Below are positions 9,621-20,523 of a stretch of DNA of 64,000 bases, one piece after another. Source of the stretch: Atribacterota bacterium (GTDB taxonomy: Bacteria; Atribacterota; Phoenicimicrobiia; Phoenicimicrobiales; Phoenicimicrobiaceae); assembly GCA_030605615.1 (NCBI GenBank), contig JAUWHZ010000024.1:1680-65679 (forward strand), written 5' to 3'. The notes beneath the pieces were generated by a model. It had not been told where the DNA came from, ran no database searches, and was given only the letters and a program-made list of their open reading frames with translations. Every line of letters starts with the position of its first letter. The first letter of the stretch is position 1. The translations under genes and the position numbers were made by a program.

Positions 9621-9902
9621 CTACTTTATAACATTTTCTTTTGATTCAGTATTTTGTCTCATATATCCACTGAATCTATGGGCAATAGTTTCAGGTTGAA
9701 TAGATGATAAAATTATATGATCACTATCAGTTATTATTATCGTTCTTGTTCTCCTGCCATAAGTAGCATCGATTAATTTTTTTTGAATCTTTGCCTCTTC
9801 CTTTATTCTTTTCAATGGTGCTGAGTCTGGACTTAAAATAGAAATAACTCTGTTAGAGTTTACAAAATTACCAAAACCAATATTCACCAAATCATTTATC
9901 AT
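9621..9902 (-). CDS. remA: RemA/DUF370 family regulator
   Basis: [17 protein letters not shown] and [11 protein letters not shown] motifs; yicC-remA-gmk synteny. Confidence 0.93.
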   Translation of the reverse strand: MINDLVNIGFGNFVNSNRVISILSPDSAPLKRIKEEAKIQKKLIDATYGRRTRTIIITDSDHIILSSIQPETIAHRFSGYMRQNTESKENVIK

Positions 9903-9918
9903 ATTTTTCTATCTCCTA

Positions 9919-10794
9919 TTATTCAATGTTTCTGGCTTGTTCTCTTATCTTTTCTAATTCGCTTTTCGCTAATATAACCAAAGGGTTTATCTCTAAATTA
10001 TTATTCTTTGAACCAATAGTATTTACTTCTCGGTTTATTTCTTGAATAATAAAGTCCGTCTTTCTTCCTATGGGTTCATTAGATTCTAATAATTCACTAA
10101 GTTGAACTAAATGACTTTTTATTCTAACAATTTCTTCGGTTATATCGCTCTTTTCGGCAAATATAGCAGCTTCTAATTCGATCCTGCCTTCATCAACATC
10201 TAAACCATTAGTTAACTCTTTTATTTTTATTAAAAAATTATCTTTATAATTTTGTAAAGATAATTTTGAACACTTTTTAATTTTATCCATTAATTTTTCA
10301 ACCTTTTTTATTCTTTTCTTTATATCTTTAACAAGAATTTTACCTTCTTTTTCTCTCATCTTTACCAAAGAATCTATAGCCTTATTTGCAGCTTCCTCTA
10401 TCAGGGGCCACATTTTATCACTTTCTTCTTCTTTTACCACTTGAAAAATATCTTTAAATTTAATTAGAGAATTAATATCTATTTCATCTTTAAATTTATA
10501 TTTTTCTTTTAATGCTTTTGCGGCTTCATAATAAGAATTAAACAAATCTTCATTTAATATTACTTTCTCTTCTTCAGGACTATAGCTCTCGGCTTTTATT
10601 AATATATTTACTTTTCCTCTAAATATCTTTTCTTTTATAAGTTTTTCAATTTTTCGTTCAATTTCTAAAGATTGCGAATAATTTTTTATAATAATATCAC
10701 AATATCTATTATTTAAGGTTTTTATTTCTACCAAAGATTCTTTGTCTGCTTTTTTAATCTTTCCTACACCATAACCAGTCATACTTTTAATCAA
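9919..10794 (-). CDS. yicC: YicC/YloC-family endoribonuclease
   Basis: IKSMTGYG, DITEEIVRI, QEINREVNTIGSK and EKIREQARNIE motifs. Start reassigned to TTG 10794 after SD AAAGGGG. Confidence 0.93.
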   Translation of the reverse strand: MIKSMTGYGVGKIKKADKESLVEIKTLNNRYCDIIIKNYSQSLEIERKIEKLIKEKIFRGKVNILIKAESYSPEEEKVILNEDLFNSYYEAAKALKEKYKFKDEIDINSLIKFKDIFQVVKEEESDKMWPLIEEAANKAIDSLVKMREKEGKILVKDIKKRIKKVEKLMDKIKKCSKLSLQNYKDNFLIKIKELTNGLDVDEGRIELEAAIFAEKSDITEEIVRIKSHLVQLSELLESNEPIGRKTDFIIQEINREVNTIGSKNNNLEINPLVILAKSELEKIREQARNIE

Positions 10795-10846
10795 TTTTTT
10801 CCCCTTTATGCGCCCAATTATTAAAAAAATTATAAACTTCACACTA

Positions 10847-10875
10847 ATTTTATGGTAATACTCAAGGGTTGTCAA
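10847..10875 (-). promoter_or_regulatory. Sigma70 promoter of the yicC-remA-gmk operon
   Basis: TTGACA-17 bp-TAAAAT on the minus strand. Confidence 0.75.
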
Positions 10876-11013
10876 ATAATTTCGTATTAAGGTGCGAGTT
10901 GCAAATACACTATTTTTTCTTATTTTCTTGATTATACTCCTTTAATAGATTAATATTTAGATAAAGTATAATAAATATGTTTTCTTTATTCTAATCTTAA
11001 TAAGGAGAATAAT

Positions 11014-12840
11014 ATGTCCTTAGATAGTATTAGTTTGACAGCAATCAGAAAAGAACTTATTAATATATTTAAAAAAAGTAAAATAATAAATATATTTCAA
11101 ACCAAAAAATACAAAATTATTTTTGAAGTAAAGCCTATCAGAGCATTATTATCCGATAATATAAGTAAAAAAAGAAAAACATTTTATATTCATATTTCGG
11201 TCAATCCATCTCTTAGTGAAATTTACTTTTCAGAATCAGAAAACGATAAAGAGGCCATTAGCTCTCCTTTCTTAACTTTACTGCAAAACCACCTTATCGG
11301 GGGGAAGATATTAGATATAAAACACCCGGATTTTGACCGTATTTTGCATTTTATTATCCATCCTTACCTTAAATTTGGTCAAACTCAAAATAAAATATTA
11401 ATAGCAGAATTTATGGGCAAACACAGTAACTTAATTCTTCTTAAAGAAAATAATATAATAGAGGGTAGTATAAAATTAGTAACCTCAAAAATCAATAGGT
11501 ACAGAGAAATTATTCCCGGTAAATTATATACTCCTCCTCCCCCTCAAAATAAATCTAACCCTTTAAAGATAAATAAAAAAGATTTCATTAATATCTTTTA
11601 TTCCTGTAATGACAGAGATTTAAGTTTCTGGCAGCTATTGCAAAATAATTTTAAAGGAATAAGCCAACAAAGTGCAAAAGAAATAATTTTTCAAGCAAAA
11701 TTGTCTCCGGAGGAAAATGTTTTAAAAGTATCTCAGAATGAATTAGAATTATTATGGCTTTCTTTTGATAGAATTATAGAAAATATTAAAAATCATAATT
11801 TTCATCCTGCTGTTTTTTTAGATCCCCTATCTAAGAAGATAAAAACTCATTCCATAATCGATTCTGTACAATTTCCACAATACAATAAACTATCCTTTAA
11901 TGATGCGAATTCCTGCTTAAAATATTTATTTACTGAACTGGAAAAAGAAAGAGATATTCTATCTTTAAAAAATAAAATAGATAATATAATTAATAAGAAT
12001 GTTGTAAAAGCAAAAAATAAGATAAATGTATACCAAAAAAAACTCAAAGAAGTAAAAAATTGTGAGAAATATAAACTTATGGGTGAATTAATAAAGTCAA
12101 ATCTTGGCCACATTAAAAGGGGGGATAGGGAAATTACTACTATTAACTATTACTCTCCCAATCAAGAAAATATTACTATTCCCTTAAATAATAAATTTAC
12201 CCCGCTGCAGAATGCTCAGTTTTATTTTAAAAAATATAGAAAGACAAAAGATAGTTTTAAAATAATTTTTGAACAATTAAACAAAGATAAGTTAAAATTT
12301 GCCCAATTAACGAAGCTTCAAAAATTGTATAAACAGGATAGCAATTCTCTCCCGAATCTGATAAAAATCTATAATAACTTAGAGAAATTGGGATTTACTA
12401 AAAAAATAAAAACTACAATTAAAAAACGGAAAAAGGGTGAAAATAAACTATTACCTTCGAAGTATATCTCTAAAGACGGCTGGGAAATCTATGTGGGTAA
12501 AAATAACCAACAAAATGATTTTTTAACTTTGAGATTTGCTTCCGGGAATGATATTTGGATGCATGTAAAAATTATTAAAGGTGCTCATGTAATTATTAAG
12601 AATAAAGGTAATAAGCAGACCCCTCCGCTTAGCACCTTAATTCAGGCCGCAAATTTAGCTGCTTATTTTAGTAAAGCTAAAAAAGAAAATAAAGTATTAA
12701 TCGATTATACCCTTAAAAAGCACGTAAAAAAACCTAAAAATGCCAAACCTGGCATGGTTACTTATTCTCACGAAAAAAGTCTTTTGATAAAAATAAATCC
12801 CCGGGAAATTAGAAGTATAATTTCTCAAAGTAATCATTAA
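11014..12840 (+). CDS. rqcH: Ribosome quality-control factor RqcH/NFACT (FbpA family)
   Basis: AEFMGKHSNLIL, NAQFYFKKY, VGKNNQQND, WMHVK..KGAHV and KKPKNAKPGMV motifs. Confidence 0.94.
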   Translation: MSLDSISLTAIRKELINIFKKSKIINIFQTKKYKIIFEVKPIRALLSDNISKKRKTFYIHISVNPSLSEIYFSESENDKEAISSPFLTLLQNHLIGGKILDIKHPDFDRILHFIIHPYLKFGQTQNKILIAEFMGKHSNLILLKENNIIEGSIKLVTSKINRYREIIPGKLYTPPPPQNKSNPLKINKKDFINIFYSCNDRDLSFWQLLQNNFKGISQQSAKEIIFQAKLSPEENVLKVSQNELELLWLSFDRIIENIKNHNFHPAVFLDPLSKKIKTHSIIDSVQFPQYNKLSFNDANSCLKYLFTELEKERDILSLKNKIDNIINKNVVKAKNKINVYQKKLKEVKNCEKYKLMGELIKSNLGHIKRGDREITTINYYSPNQENITIPLNNKFTPLQNAQFYFKKYRKTKDSFKIIFEQLNKDKLKFAQLTKLQKLYKQDSNSLPNLIKIYNNLEKLGFTKKIKTTIKKRKKGENKLLPSKYISKDGWEIYVGKNNQQNDFLTLRFASGNDIWMHVKIIKGAHVIIKNKGNKQTPPLSTLIQAANLAAYFSKAKKENKVLIDYTLKKHVKKPKNAKPGMVTYSHEKSLLIKINPREIRSIISQSNH

Positions 12841-13769
12841 TAATTATTTTTTATCTCTTCTAATGAGCTAATTAATTCTTCAATATCATTCGGTAAAGGA
12901 GCACAAAATTCCATATATTTTTTGGTGAAAGGATGAATAAAGCCTAAAATGTGAGAATGTAGGGCTTGTCGGTTTATAGTTAATTCCTGCTTTCTGTAGC
13001 CATATATTTTATCACCCACAATAGGATGGCCTATAAAAGACAGATGAACTCTTATTTGGTGAGTCCTACCTGTACGAATATCTGCTTCGAGTAATGTATG
13101 GTTTAAAAATTTTTTTAATAATTTAAACTTGGTGACTGCTTCCCTGCTGTTCCCTTCAGTTACCGCCATTTTCTTTCTATTCTTTATATTTCTACCAATC
13201 GGTGCATCAATAATTCCGGAATCATCCTTTATGTTTCCGTGGACTAAAGCAATATATTTCTTGGTTATCTGACGATTCTTTATCTGTTGAGATAAATCAA
13301 GATGGGTAAGATTATTTTTTGCAACTACCATCACCCCTGAAGTATTTTTATCTAATCGGTGAACAATTCCGGGTCTAATTATTCCACCTATTCCAGATAA
13401 AGAATCTTTACAATGGTGTAATAAGGCATTAACCAGAGTGCCAGAACATATTTTTCCTGCAGGATGAACTATCATTCCTGCTGGTTTATTTACCACAATC
13501 AAATATTCATCTTCATAAATGATATCTATGGGGATTGCTTCTGCCTTAATCTTTAACTCTTTCTCTTCGGGAGAATATAAATTAATTTTATCTCCATTTT
13601 TTAATAAATAACTTGGTTTCACTGTGTTATTATTTACTTTTATTTTGCCTTGAGTGATTAAATTTCGAATTTGAGATCTGGAGGGGTATATTTCTTCTTT
13701 GGTTAGATAGAGATCGATTCTAATCTTATCTTCACCCTTATAGGAGATAGTTTTTTCTTTTTCAATCAT
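12837..13769 (-). CDS. rluD: RluA/RluD-family pseudouridine synthase
   Basis: S4 domain; VNKPAGMIVHP, HRLDKNTSG and TGRTHQIRVH motifs. Confidence 0.93.
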   Translation of the reverse strand: MIEKEKTISYKGEDKIRIDLYLTKEEIYPSRSQIRNLITQGKIKVNNNTVKPSYLLKNGDKINLYSPEEKELKIKAEAIPIDIIYEDEYLIVVNKPAGMIVHPAGKICSGTLVNALLHHCKDSLSGIGGIIRPGIVHRLDKNTSGVMVVAKNNLTHLDLSQQIKNRQITKKYIALVHGNIKDDSGIIDAPIGRNIKNRKKMAVTEGNSREAVTKFKLLKKFLNHTLLEADIRTGRTHQIRVHLSFIGHPIVGDKIYGYRKQELTINRQALHSHILGFIHPFTKKYMEFCAPLPNDIEELISSLEEIKNNY

Positions 13770-13790
13770 AAATAAAATCCTAATTTTAAT

Positions 13791-13848
13791 GTAGGGGTCG
13801 GATTTATCCGACCCGCCATCATTCGGGTTCGATAAATCGAACCCCTAC
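13791..13848. repeat. Inverted REP doublet (REPIN-like)
   Basis: GTAGgggtcggatttatccgacccg, an 8-nt spacer, then cgggttcgataaatcgaaccccTAC. Confidence 0.8.
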
Positions 13849-13870
13849 GCAATGCTCGATACGAGATACG

Positions 13871-14677
13871 CTATTTTTGTTTTCTCTTCTTTAAAACTTT
13901 CATACATATTAAGGAGCAAAGTATAATAATTATACAAATAGCTTGAGTAGCAGTAAAATAATTAAACATTTTGTAATTATTTTCGTAAAATCTGAAAAAC
14001 TCTATTACAAAACGGGATATTGAATATAATACTAAAAAATTTAAGAAAATATATCCATCATATTTTTTGTACTTTTTAATCCCAAGAAGGATAAAAAATA
14101 TTAAAAAACCATATAAAGAGGAGTAGAGTTGAGTAGGAATTACAGGAAGAGTATGAGAGCTTCCAGAAGCAATTAATCCATCTTTTAATTGTTGTAGATA
14201 TACAGGAGGCATATTTAAAGAAGGAAACTTGAGTCCATATTTTTCCGATACTAAACCAAAACAACATCCATTTAAAAAACAACCTATTCTCGCAATTCCT
14301 AAACCAATAGCAATGGAAGGGGCAGCAATATCAGTATATTTCCAGAATGAAAGCTTGTTCCTTCTAACGTACCAGGAACCAAGGATAAAAGCTAAAATAA
14401 AACCCCCAAAAAAAGCGAGTCCCCCTTGTCTAAAATATAATATTTTAATAGGATTTTTTAAATAATAGTCAAGATAAAATATCACATAGCCTAATCTTCC
14501 TCCTATTAGTGCACCTAAAATAACATATAAACTTATATCTAAAATTCTCTCCGGATTTTCTCCAATCCTTTTTGATTCTTTCATAGCCAAGAAGATGCCC
14601 ATAATAAAAGCTAAAGCAATCATTGCTCCATAAGAATAGATAGAAAATGAACCAATATTAAATAAAATTCTATACAT
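13871..14677 (-). CDS. lgt: Prolipoprotein diacylglyceryl transferase
   Basis: GGRLGYV, GGLAFFGG, RIGCFLNGCCFG, PTQLY and RFVIEFFR motifs. Confidence 0.95.
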   Translation of the reverse strand: MYRILFNIGSFSIYSYGAMIALAFIMGIFLAMKESKRIGENPERILDISLYVILGALIGGRLGYVIFYLDYYLKNPIKILYFRQGGLAFFGGFILAFILGSWYVRRNKLSFWKYTDIAAPSIAIGLGIARIGCFLNGCCFGLVSEKYGLKFPSLNMPPVYLQQLKDGLIASGSSHTLPVIPTQLYSSLYGFLIFFILLGIKKYKKYDGYIFLNFLVLYSISRFVIEFFRFYENNYKMFNYFTATQAICIIIILCSLICMKVLKKRKQK

Positions 14678-14683
14678 TAAAAT

Positions 14684-15139
14684 TTACTCCTTATCTTCTT
14701 CTTTAGTATAAAATAAAAAATGAACTAATAATATTAACATCCCACATACTATCGCCGTATCAGCGAAGTTAAAAATAGGCCAGATTCTAAAATCTAAAAA
14801 ATCTATCACCCGTCCATCAATTCTCACCCGGTCAATAAGATTGCCTACTGCACCGCCCAAGACAAGGGTTAAAGGGATATACATAAAAGAGTCTTCCTTA
14901 AAAACTATTTTTTTATAAATTAAAATAGCCAAAATTACTGAAATTAACGCAGCTACCACAAAGAACATTGTTTGATATTCAAAAAGCCCAAAGGCAGTTC
15001 GGGGATTCTCTATATAAGTAATATGAAATATTCCCTTAATTATAGGTATAGATTCTCCAATCTTCATTTTGGATTGAATAAAAAATTTACTTCCTTGATC
15101 AAATAATATTACAAATATTGTCCAGCCAATAAATTTCAT
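14684..15139 (-). CDS. lspA: Lipoprotein signal peptidase II
   Basis: DQGSK, GAVGNLIDR, VIDF and FNFAD motifs. Confidence 0.96.
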   Translation of the reverse strand: MKFIGWTIFVILFDQGSKFFIQSKMKIGESIPIIKGIFHITYIENPRTAFGLFEYQTMFFVVAALISVILAILIYKKIVFKEDSFMYIPLTLVLGGAVGNLIDRVRIDGRVIDFLDFRIWPIFNFADTAIVCGMLILLVHFLFYTKEEDKE

Positions 15140-15151
15140 TATATTTCCTTT

Positions 15152-17956
15152 TTATTTCTCAAAATGATTATGCATTACTTTAGCACATTTCTTACAAATA
15201 GTAGGATATTTTTGATCCTCTCCTACTTCCACATTATAGCACCAACATCTTTCACATTTCTTACCAGGAGCTTCGGTTATTAATACTTTAATAGTAGAAA
15301 TTTCTTCCCCAGGATAGATATCAGATGGCAGATCTTTTTCTCCATAAAGTACCTCTACCTTAGAAACAATAAATATAGTTTCCAATTGACCCTTAAAAGA
15401 CATCAAGTAGTCATAAATTTCCTTGTCCTCAGTATAAATATTTACTTGAGCTCCTAAGGAATTACCAATAAAACCTTCCTGTCTTTTCAATTCTAATGCC
15501 TTTAACACATCTTTTCTTATCTTTAAAATTTTATCCCACTTTTGTTCCGAATCTTTATCAATATATTTTTTGTTTATTTTGGGCCAAGAAGTAAGAAAAA
15601 TGCTTGTTTCATCTTCTTTAATTGCTTTTAAGTATTGCCAGATTTCTTCTGAGGTAAAACTTAACACCGGGGCAATTAGCTTAACTAAATCATTCAATAT
15701 CTGATACAATACCGTTTGAGCTGACCGACGTTCTATGGAATTAGAAAAATCTGTATACAACCTATCCTTAATTATATCTAAATAGAATGAACTAAGATCA
15801 ATGGTACAAAAGTTATGAACTTCATGATAAAGGGAATGAAATTCAAATTTTTCATAATATTCATTTACCCTCTTAATTAAGTTTTGAAAATTACTTAATA
15901 CTAATCTATCTAATTCGGTAAGCTTATCATAGGCAATTTTATCTGTTTCAGGATTAAAGTCATATAAATTACCCAGGACAAATCGTGCGGTATTTCTAAT
16001 TCTTCGATATATTTCCACTAATTGATCTAATATCTTGGTAGAAATCCTGATATCTGTCTTATAATCAGATGATGCAACCCATAGTCTCAATATGTCTGCT
16101 CCATATTTTTCAATAATCTCCTGAGGAGCTATAACATTACCTAATGATTTAGACATCTTTTTCCCTTTAGCATCTACGATGAAACCATGAGTCAAAACAG
16201 TTTTATACGGTGCCTTTTCAAAAGCAGCCACCGAAGTCAGCAGTGAAGTTTGGAACCAACCTCTATGTTGGTCTGTTCCTTCTAAATATAATTCTGCTGG
16301 CCAATGAAGTTCATTTCTCTGCTTAAGTACAGCAGCATGACTACATCCTGAGTCAAACCATACATCCATTATATCTTTTTCTTTCTCAAAATCTTTTCCC
16401 TGACAGTGAGGACACTGATAATCTTCAGGTAAAATATCTTTGGCAGACATAGCAAACCAAGAATCTGAACTTTTTTCTAAAAATAATTCTTTAACCCAAT
16501 TAATTGTTTCATTATTAACTATAATTTCCCCACATTTTTTACAATAGAAAACAGGGAGAGGTACTCCCCATACTCTTTGGCGAGAAATACACCAATCAGT
16601 TCTATTTTCAACCATTCCATAAATTTTTTCTTTTCCCCACTCAGGAACCCATTGGACCTTTTCTATTTCTGATAAAGCTAAATCACGAAAAGCTTCAATT
16701 GAAACAAACCATTGTTCTGTAGCACGAAAAACTACAGGTTTTTTGCAACGCCAACAGTGTGGGTAAGAATGGATTATTTTACCTAATTTCAATAAGCTAC
16801 CATTTCCTTTTAATTCTTCTATTATCGCAATATTACCCTCTTTATAACTTAATCCTTCAAATTTACCGCCTTCCTGGTTAAACTTTCCCTGACTATCAAG
16901 GGTAGTAAATATAGGTAATTTATATTTCATTGCTATTTCATAATCTTCTTGTCCATGTCCGGGAGCAGTATGGACACACCCTGTCCCTTCATCTAAAGTG
17001 GCGTGCTCACCTAATATAATTACTGAATCTCTTTCAAAAAGGGGATGTTTACATTTTATACCTTCTAAATCTTGTCCTTTTTTTGTGCCAATAATTTCAT
17101 AATTTACTATTCTCATTTCCTTCATTACTTTTTCTACCAAGGCGGAAGCTAATAAGAGATTCCCTTTTTCTGTTTTAACTAAACTATATTCAATATCCGG
17201 ATTAAGAGCAACAGCCGCATTCCCCGGGATAGTCCAGGGAGTAGTGGTCCAAATAACTACGTAGTTTTCTCCTAAATTGCTATGAAGAAATATTTTGCCC
17301 AGATCATCCTTAACTAAGAATTTTACATAAATGGAATGAGATTCTTTATCATGATATTCAATTTCTGCTGCTGCTAAAGCTGTCTCGCAATTAGCACACC
17401 AAAAGACTGGTTTCAATCCTTTATAAATGTAACCCTTAAAAAACATCTTTCCAAATACTTCTATCTGCTCGGCTTCATAAGCAGGATTGAAAGTTAAATA
17501 AGGATTATCCCATTCTCCCATTACCCCTAATCGTTTAAATTCTTCTCTTTGTACTTCAATATAATATTGTGCATATTCTTTACACTTTTTCCTTAGTTCA
17601 ACCGGGTCAATATCACCTAAAGAAACTTTTAGATTTTTTGTGACTTGATATTCTATGGGCAATCCATGAGTATCCCAGCCAGGGACATAATGAGCATTAA
17701 ACCCATTCATAGATTTATACTTGGGAATTATATCTTTTAATATCTTATTATAGGCAGTTCCGATATGTATATTGCCATTTGCATAAGGAGGACCATCATG
17801 TAAAATATATTTCTTTAGACCCTTCTTTTTTTCCAATACTTTTTTATATATATCCTGTTCTTCCCAAAATCTTAGCATTTTCGGTTCTTCTTGAGCTAAA
17901 TTTGCTTTCATTTTAAATTTTGTTTTAGGTAAATTTAAAGTATCTTTATATTCCAT
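15152..17956 (-). CDS. ileS: Isoleucyl-tRNA synthetase (type 1)
   Basis: HDGPPYANG.IHIG, DWCISRQR, KMSKS and C-terminal CERCW zinc finger. Confidence 0.98.
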   Translation of the reverse strand: MEYKDTLNLPKTKFKMKANLAQEEPKMLRFWEEQDIYKKVLEKKKGLKKYILHDGPPYANGNIHIGTAYNKILKDIIPKYKSMNGFNAHYVPGWDTHGLPIEYQVTKNLKVSLGDIDPVELRKKCKEYAQYYIEVQREEFKRLGVMGEWDNPYLTFNPAYEAEQIEVFGKMFFKGYIYKGLKPVFWCANCETALAAAEIEYHDKESHSIYVKFLVKDDLGKIFLHSNLGENYVVIWTTTPWTIPGNAAVALNPDIEYSLVKTEKGNLLLASALVEKVMKEMRIVNYEIIGTKKGQDLEGIKCKHPLFERDSVIILGEHATLDEGTGCVHTAPGHGQEDYEIAMKYKLPIFTTLDSQGKFNQEGGKFEGLSYKEGNIAIIEELKGNGSLLKLGKIIHSYPHCWRCKKPVVFRATEQWFVSIEAFRDLALSEIEKVQWVPEWGKEKIYGMVENRTDWCISRQRVWGVPLPVFYCKKCGEIIVNNETINWVKELFLEKSSDSWFAMSAKDILPEDYQCPHCQGKDFEKEKDIMDVWFDSGCSHAAVLKQRNELHWPAELYLEGTDQHRGWFQTSLLTSVAAFEKAPYKTVLTHGFIVDAKGKKMSKSLGNVIAPQEIIEKYGADILRLWVASSDYKTDIRISTKILDQLVEIYRRIRNTARFVLGNLYDFNPETDKIAYDKLTELDRLVLSNFQNLIKRVNEYYEKFEFHSLYHEVHNFCTIDLSSFYLDIIKDRLYTDFSNSIERRSAQTVLYQILNDLVKLIAPVLSFTSEEIWQYLKAIKEDETSIFLTSWPKINKKYIDKDSEQKWDKILKIRKDVLKALELKRQEGFIGNSLGAQVNIYTEDKEIYDYLMSFKGQLETIFIVSKVEVLYGEKDLPSDIYPGEEISTIKVLITEAPGKKCERCWCYNVEVGEDQKYPTICKKCAKVMHNHFEK

Positions 17957-17989
17957 AAGAATCCCTCCTAAAGCTTTATAAATATATTA

Positions 17990-18270
17990 AATAAAAACCC
18001 CTTGCCACCTAAAAGGACAAGAGGTTTAAAGTTCTCGTGGTACCACCTAATTTCTTTCATTACCTCACGATAAATGATCTCAAGGAGTAAAATATTTAAA
18101 TATATAGATAAATTCACTCCATTTTTTAACGATATTCACCGTTCTAATCTACTTTTCAAATAATTTCAATTAGAAATATTGAGATGATGTTCGATAGAAA
18201 AAATTTACAGGCTTTCACTATCCCTGCTCGCTATAAAATTGCATCTACCTACTCTTCTCTATTCTTATAT
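17990..18270 (-). promoter_or_regulatory. T-box riboswitch (Ile, ATC specifier) with terminator
   Basis: Stem I with AGTA bulge, AGCGAG and GTGAAAG motifs; GAAC-ATC specifier at 18188-18186; T-box AGGTGGTACCACG; terminator cctcttgtc...ggcaagggg-TTTTT. Confidence 0.93.
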
Positions 18271-18300
18271 AATCAATCTATTCTTTTTTTAATTTTTGTA

Positions 18301-18330
18301 ATAATAACACATTAAATCGCTTTATGTCAA
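18301..18330 (-). promoter_or_regulatory. Sigma70 promoter for the T-box-ileS leader
   Basis: TTGACA-18 bp-TATTAT with TGn extension. Confidence 0.65.
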
Positions 18331-18342
18331 TCTTTTAGATAA

Positions 18343-18519
18343 CGTAGAGCGTACAGCGTTTAGCGAATAGTACACATTCTCTCTTAGCTTTTAATGGCAT
18401 AAGAGCTTGATTCATCAAGCCTGCAAAATACGGGGCGGATAAATCCGACCCCTACAAGAAATAAAAACCTGTCAAATATCCGTCCCCTGACAACCGGTTA
18501 TATCCTGGCTCCTGGCTTC
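18343..18519. repeat. Composite repeat spacer (heptamers, REP, ctggct units)
   Basis: cgtagag cgtacag cgtttag cgaatag; REP cggggcggataaatccgacccctac at 18431-18455; cctggct cctggct. Confidence 0.7.
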
Positions 18520-18828
18520 TCAAACAATTTTTCCTAATTTTTCTAAAAAATAATTCTGGTTAATATTGTAAATTTTAATAAGTTTATTTCTACTATTTTT
18601 ACCGGATAGTATCTCAATCTTAGATTTCGCTATGTCAAAATGTTTAGATAAATAAGATATACATTTTTTATTAGCCTTACCTTCAACCGGGGGTGAGGTA
18701 ATGGCAATCTTTAAAGTGTCGGCATATATCCCAATAATTTTATTTTTAAATGAACCGGGAATAATTTTAGTTCTAATTATAATATCATTGCCGACTATTT
18801 TAAAAAAATCATTGATACTGCTATTCAT
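18520..18828 (-). CDS. DUF167/YggU family protein
   Basis: PPVEGKAN and IEILSGKNSRNK motifs; ATG 18828 overlaps the divIVA stop. Confidence 0.88.
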   Translation of the reverse strand: MNSSINDFFKIVGNDIIIRTKIIPGSFKNKIIGIYADTLKIAITSPPVEGKANKKCISYLSKHFDIAKSKIEILSGKNSRNKLIKIYNINQNYFLEKLGKIV

Positions 18829-19411
18829 CTTCTGTTTCTTCAATTTTAAAATCTTTTTCTGCAGCTAACCTTTCTAATTTACCCGTTTTCGCTTTAGAAA
18901 CTTTTTCCACTGTTTTCGCTTTAGAAATTTCTTCACCTTTAATCTCGTAATTTCCTTCTTCCTCAAATTCCTCATTTTCAATCATTTTTAAGTATAAATT
19001 CAACATTGACTTAAATTTTTCTTTGAAAATAAATTTATATCTTCGTAGATTATCAATTTCGTTTTTCATCTCGTCTTCTCTTTGAAAGACCTGTTGTTTT
19101 ACCTTTTCAGCTTCCATCTCTGCTTTTTCTATGATTATTTTTGCTTCATTCTCTACCCTGCCTTTCATTTCTTCTGCTGCTTTTTGGGCATTTAATAAAG
19201 CACTTCTTAAGTTTTCTTCAATCTCGCTAAACTCTTTCAATCTTTCTTTCATCTTTTCAATTTCTTCGTTAAGCTTGATATTTTCATTTATCAAACCTTC
19301 ATAGTCTTTCACAATCTTATCTAAAAAATCATCTACTTCTTCCTCGTTATAACCTCTAAATGATCTGCTAAACTCTTGCTGTTCAATATCCATTGGTGTA
19401 ATTCTCATCAA
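18821..19411 (-). CDS. divIVA: DivIVA-domain cell division protein
   Basis: ITPMDI...FSRSFRGYNEEEVDDFL followed by coiled coil. Confidence 0.93.
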   Translation of the reverse strand: MMRITPMDIEQQEFSRSFRGYNEEEVDDFLDKIVKDYEGLINENIKLNEEIEKMKERLKEFSEIEENLRSALLNAQKAAEEMKGRVENEAKIIIEKAEMEAEKVKQQVFQREDEMKNEIDNLRRYKFIFKEKFKSMLNLYLKMIENEEFEEEGNYEIKGEEISKAKTVEKVSKAKTGKLERLAAEKDFKIEETEDE

Positions 19412-19482
19412 CCTTACCCCCCTCTTTTAATAATTCAATTTATTTAATCTTTTATATCTTTATATATTCTTATATTTTCTTA

Positions 19483-19752
19483 TTAAAGAGCTATTCCAAT
19501 AAGTATATTAATTATTGCCCCCCGGAGTAAATTTAACAAAAAAAAGACAATTATAGGCGAAAGGTCTAACCCCACATTTCCTAAAGGTAGTATAATTCTA
19601 AAAGGAGCTAAAATGGGTTCTGTAATTTTATAAATAAATTGCACTACAGGATTATAGTGGTCTACAGGTATCCAGGTTAAAAATATCCTTGCCAAAATTA
19701 AATAACTATAAATTCTAAAAGTGGTATTAATTATCTGAATTAGTAGAAACAT
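19483..19752 (-). CDS. yggT: YggT/YlmG membrane protein
   Basis: TEPILAPFR and LDLSPII motifs. Confidence 0.92.
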   Translation of the reverse strand: MFLLIQIINTTFRIYSYLILARIFLTWIPVDHYNPVVQFIYKITEPILAPFRIILPLGNVGLDLSPIIVFFLLNLLRGAIINILIGIAL

Positions 19753-19820
19753 AAAAAAATATTCCCTTCTTTTATCGATTTAAAAGTTTTATTTCGTATA
19801 AGCTAAAATTAAACATTAGG

Positions 19821-20503
19821 CTAAAATCCAAAAATTCCCCTACCTATTCTAATCATATTAGCACCTTCCTCAATGGCAACTTCAAAATCATCGGTCATTC
19901 CCATAGAAAGATAATCCATCTTTACATTTTTTATATTTTTATTGCTTATTTTTTCACTTAATTCTCTAAGTTTTTTAAAATAAGGTCGAGCTTCTTCTTT
20001 ATATTTTACAATAGGTGCAATGGTCATTAAGCCCCTGACCCTTATTCTGGAAAATTCAGAAATTTCTTTTAGAAAAGTTTCTACTTCTTCAGGCTTGACT
20101 CCATATTTAGTTTCTTCCCCAGAAACATTCACCTCAACTAAAACATTCGTTATCTTCCCAAATTGTAGAGATCGTCTATCTATTTCTTTGGCTAATTTTA
20201 TACTGTCTACAGAATGAATAAAATCAAATATTTCTATAGCGTATTTTACCTTATTAGTTTGTAGGTGTCCTACTAAATGCCACTGTATATCGGCGGTCAA
20301 AATTTGATATTTTTCTTTAGCTTCCTGAACTTTATTTTCACCAATTATTTTTACACCTGCGTTTATTGCTTCTTTTATCTGTTCTATATTTGCAGTTTTA
20401 GTTACGGCAATTAATTTTATTTCCTGAGGATTTCTGTTTGACTTTAAAGATGTTTCTATAATTTTCTTATTTATTTTTTCTAAACTAGTTTTAACTACCC
20501 CAT
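19821..20503 (-). pseudogene. yggS: PLP homeostasis protein YggS with a frameshift right after ATG (or a sequence error)
   Basis: IAVTK, GENKVQE, WHLVGHLQTNK and LSMGMTDD motifs are in one frame. The SD-positioned ATG at 20503 reads ATG GGG TAG. Confidence 0.75.
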
Positions 20504-20523
20504 AAATAACACCTTATTTATAT

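Noticed and set aside
10795..10875. N-terminal extension of yicC in the ORF track
   Set aside because: Its TTG is the -35 box TTGACA; the family begins at MIKSMTG.
18885..18927. SKAKT duplication in the DivIVA tail (27-bp period)
   Set aside because: Ordinary small duplication in a variable tail.
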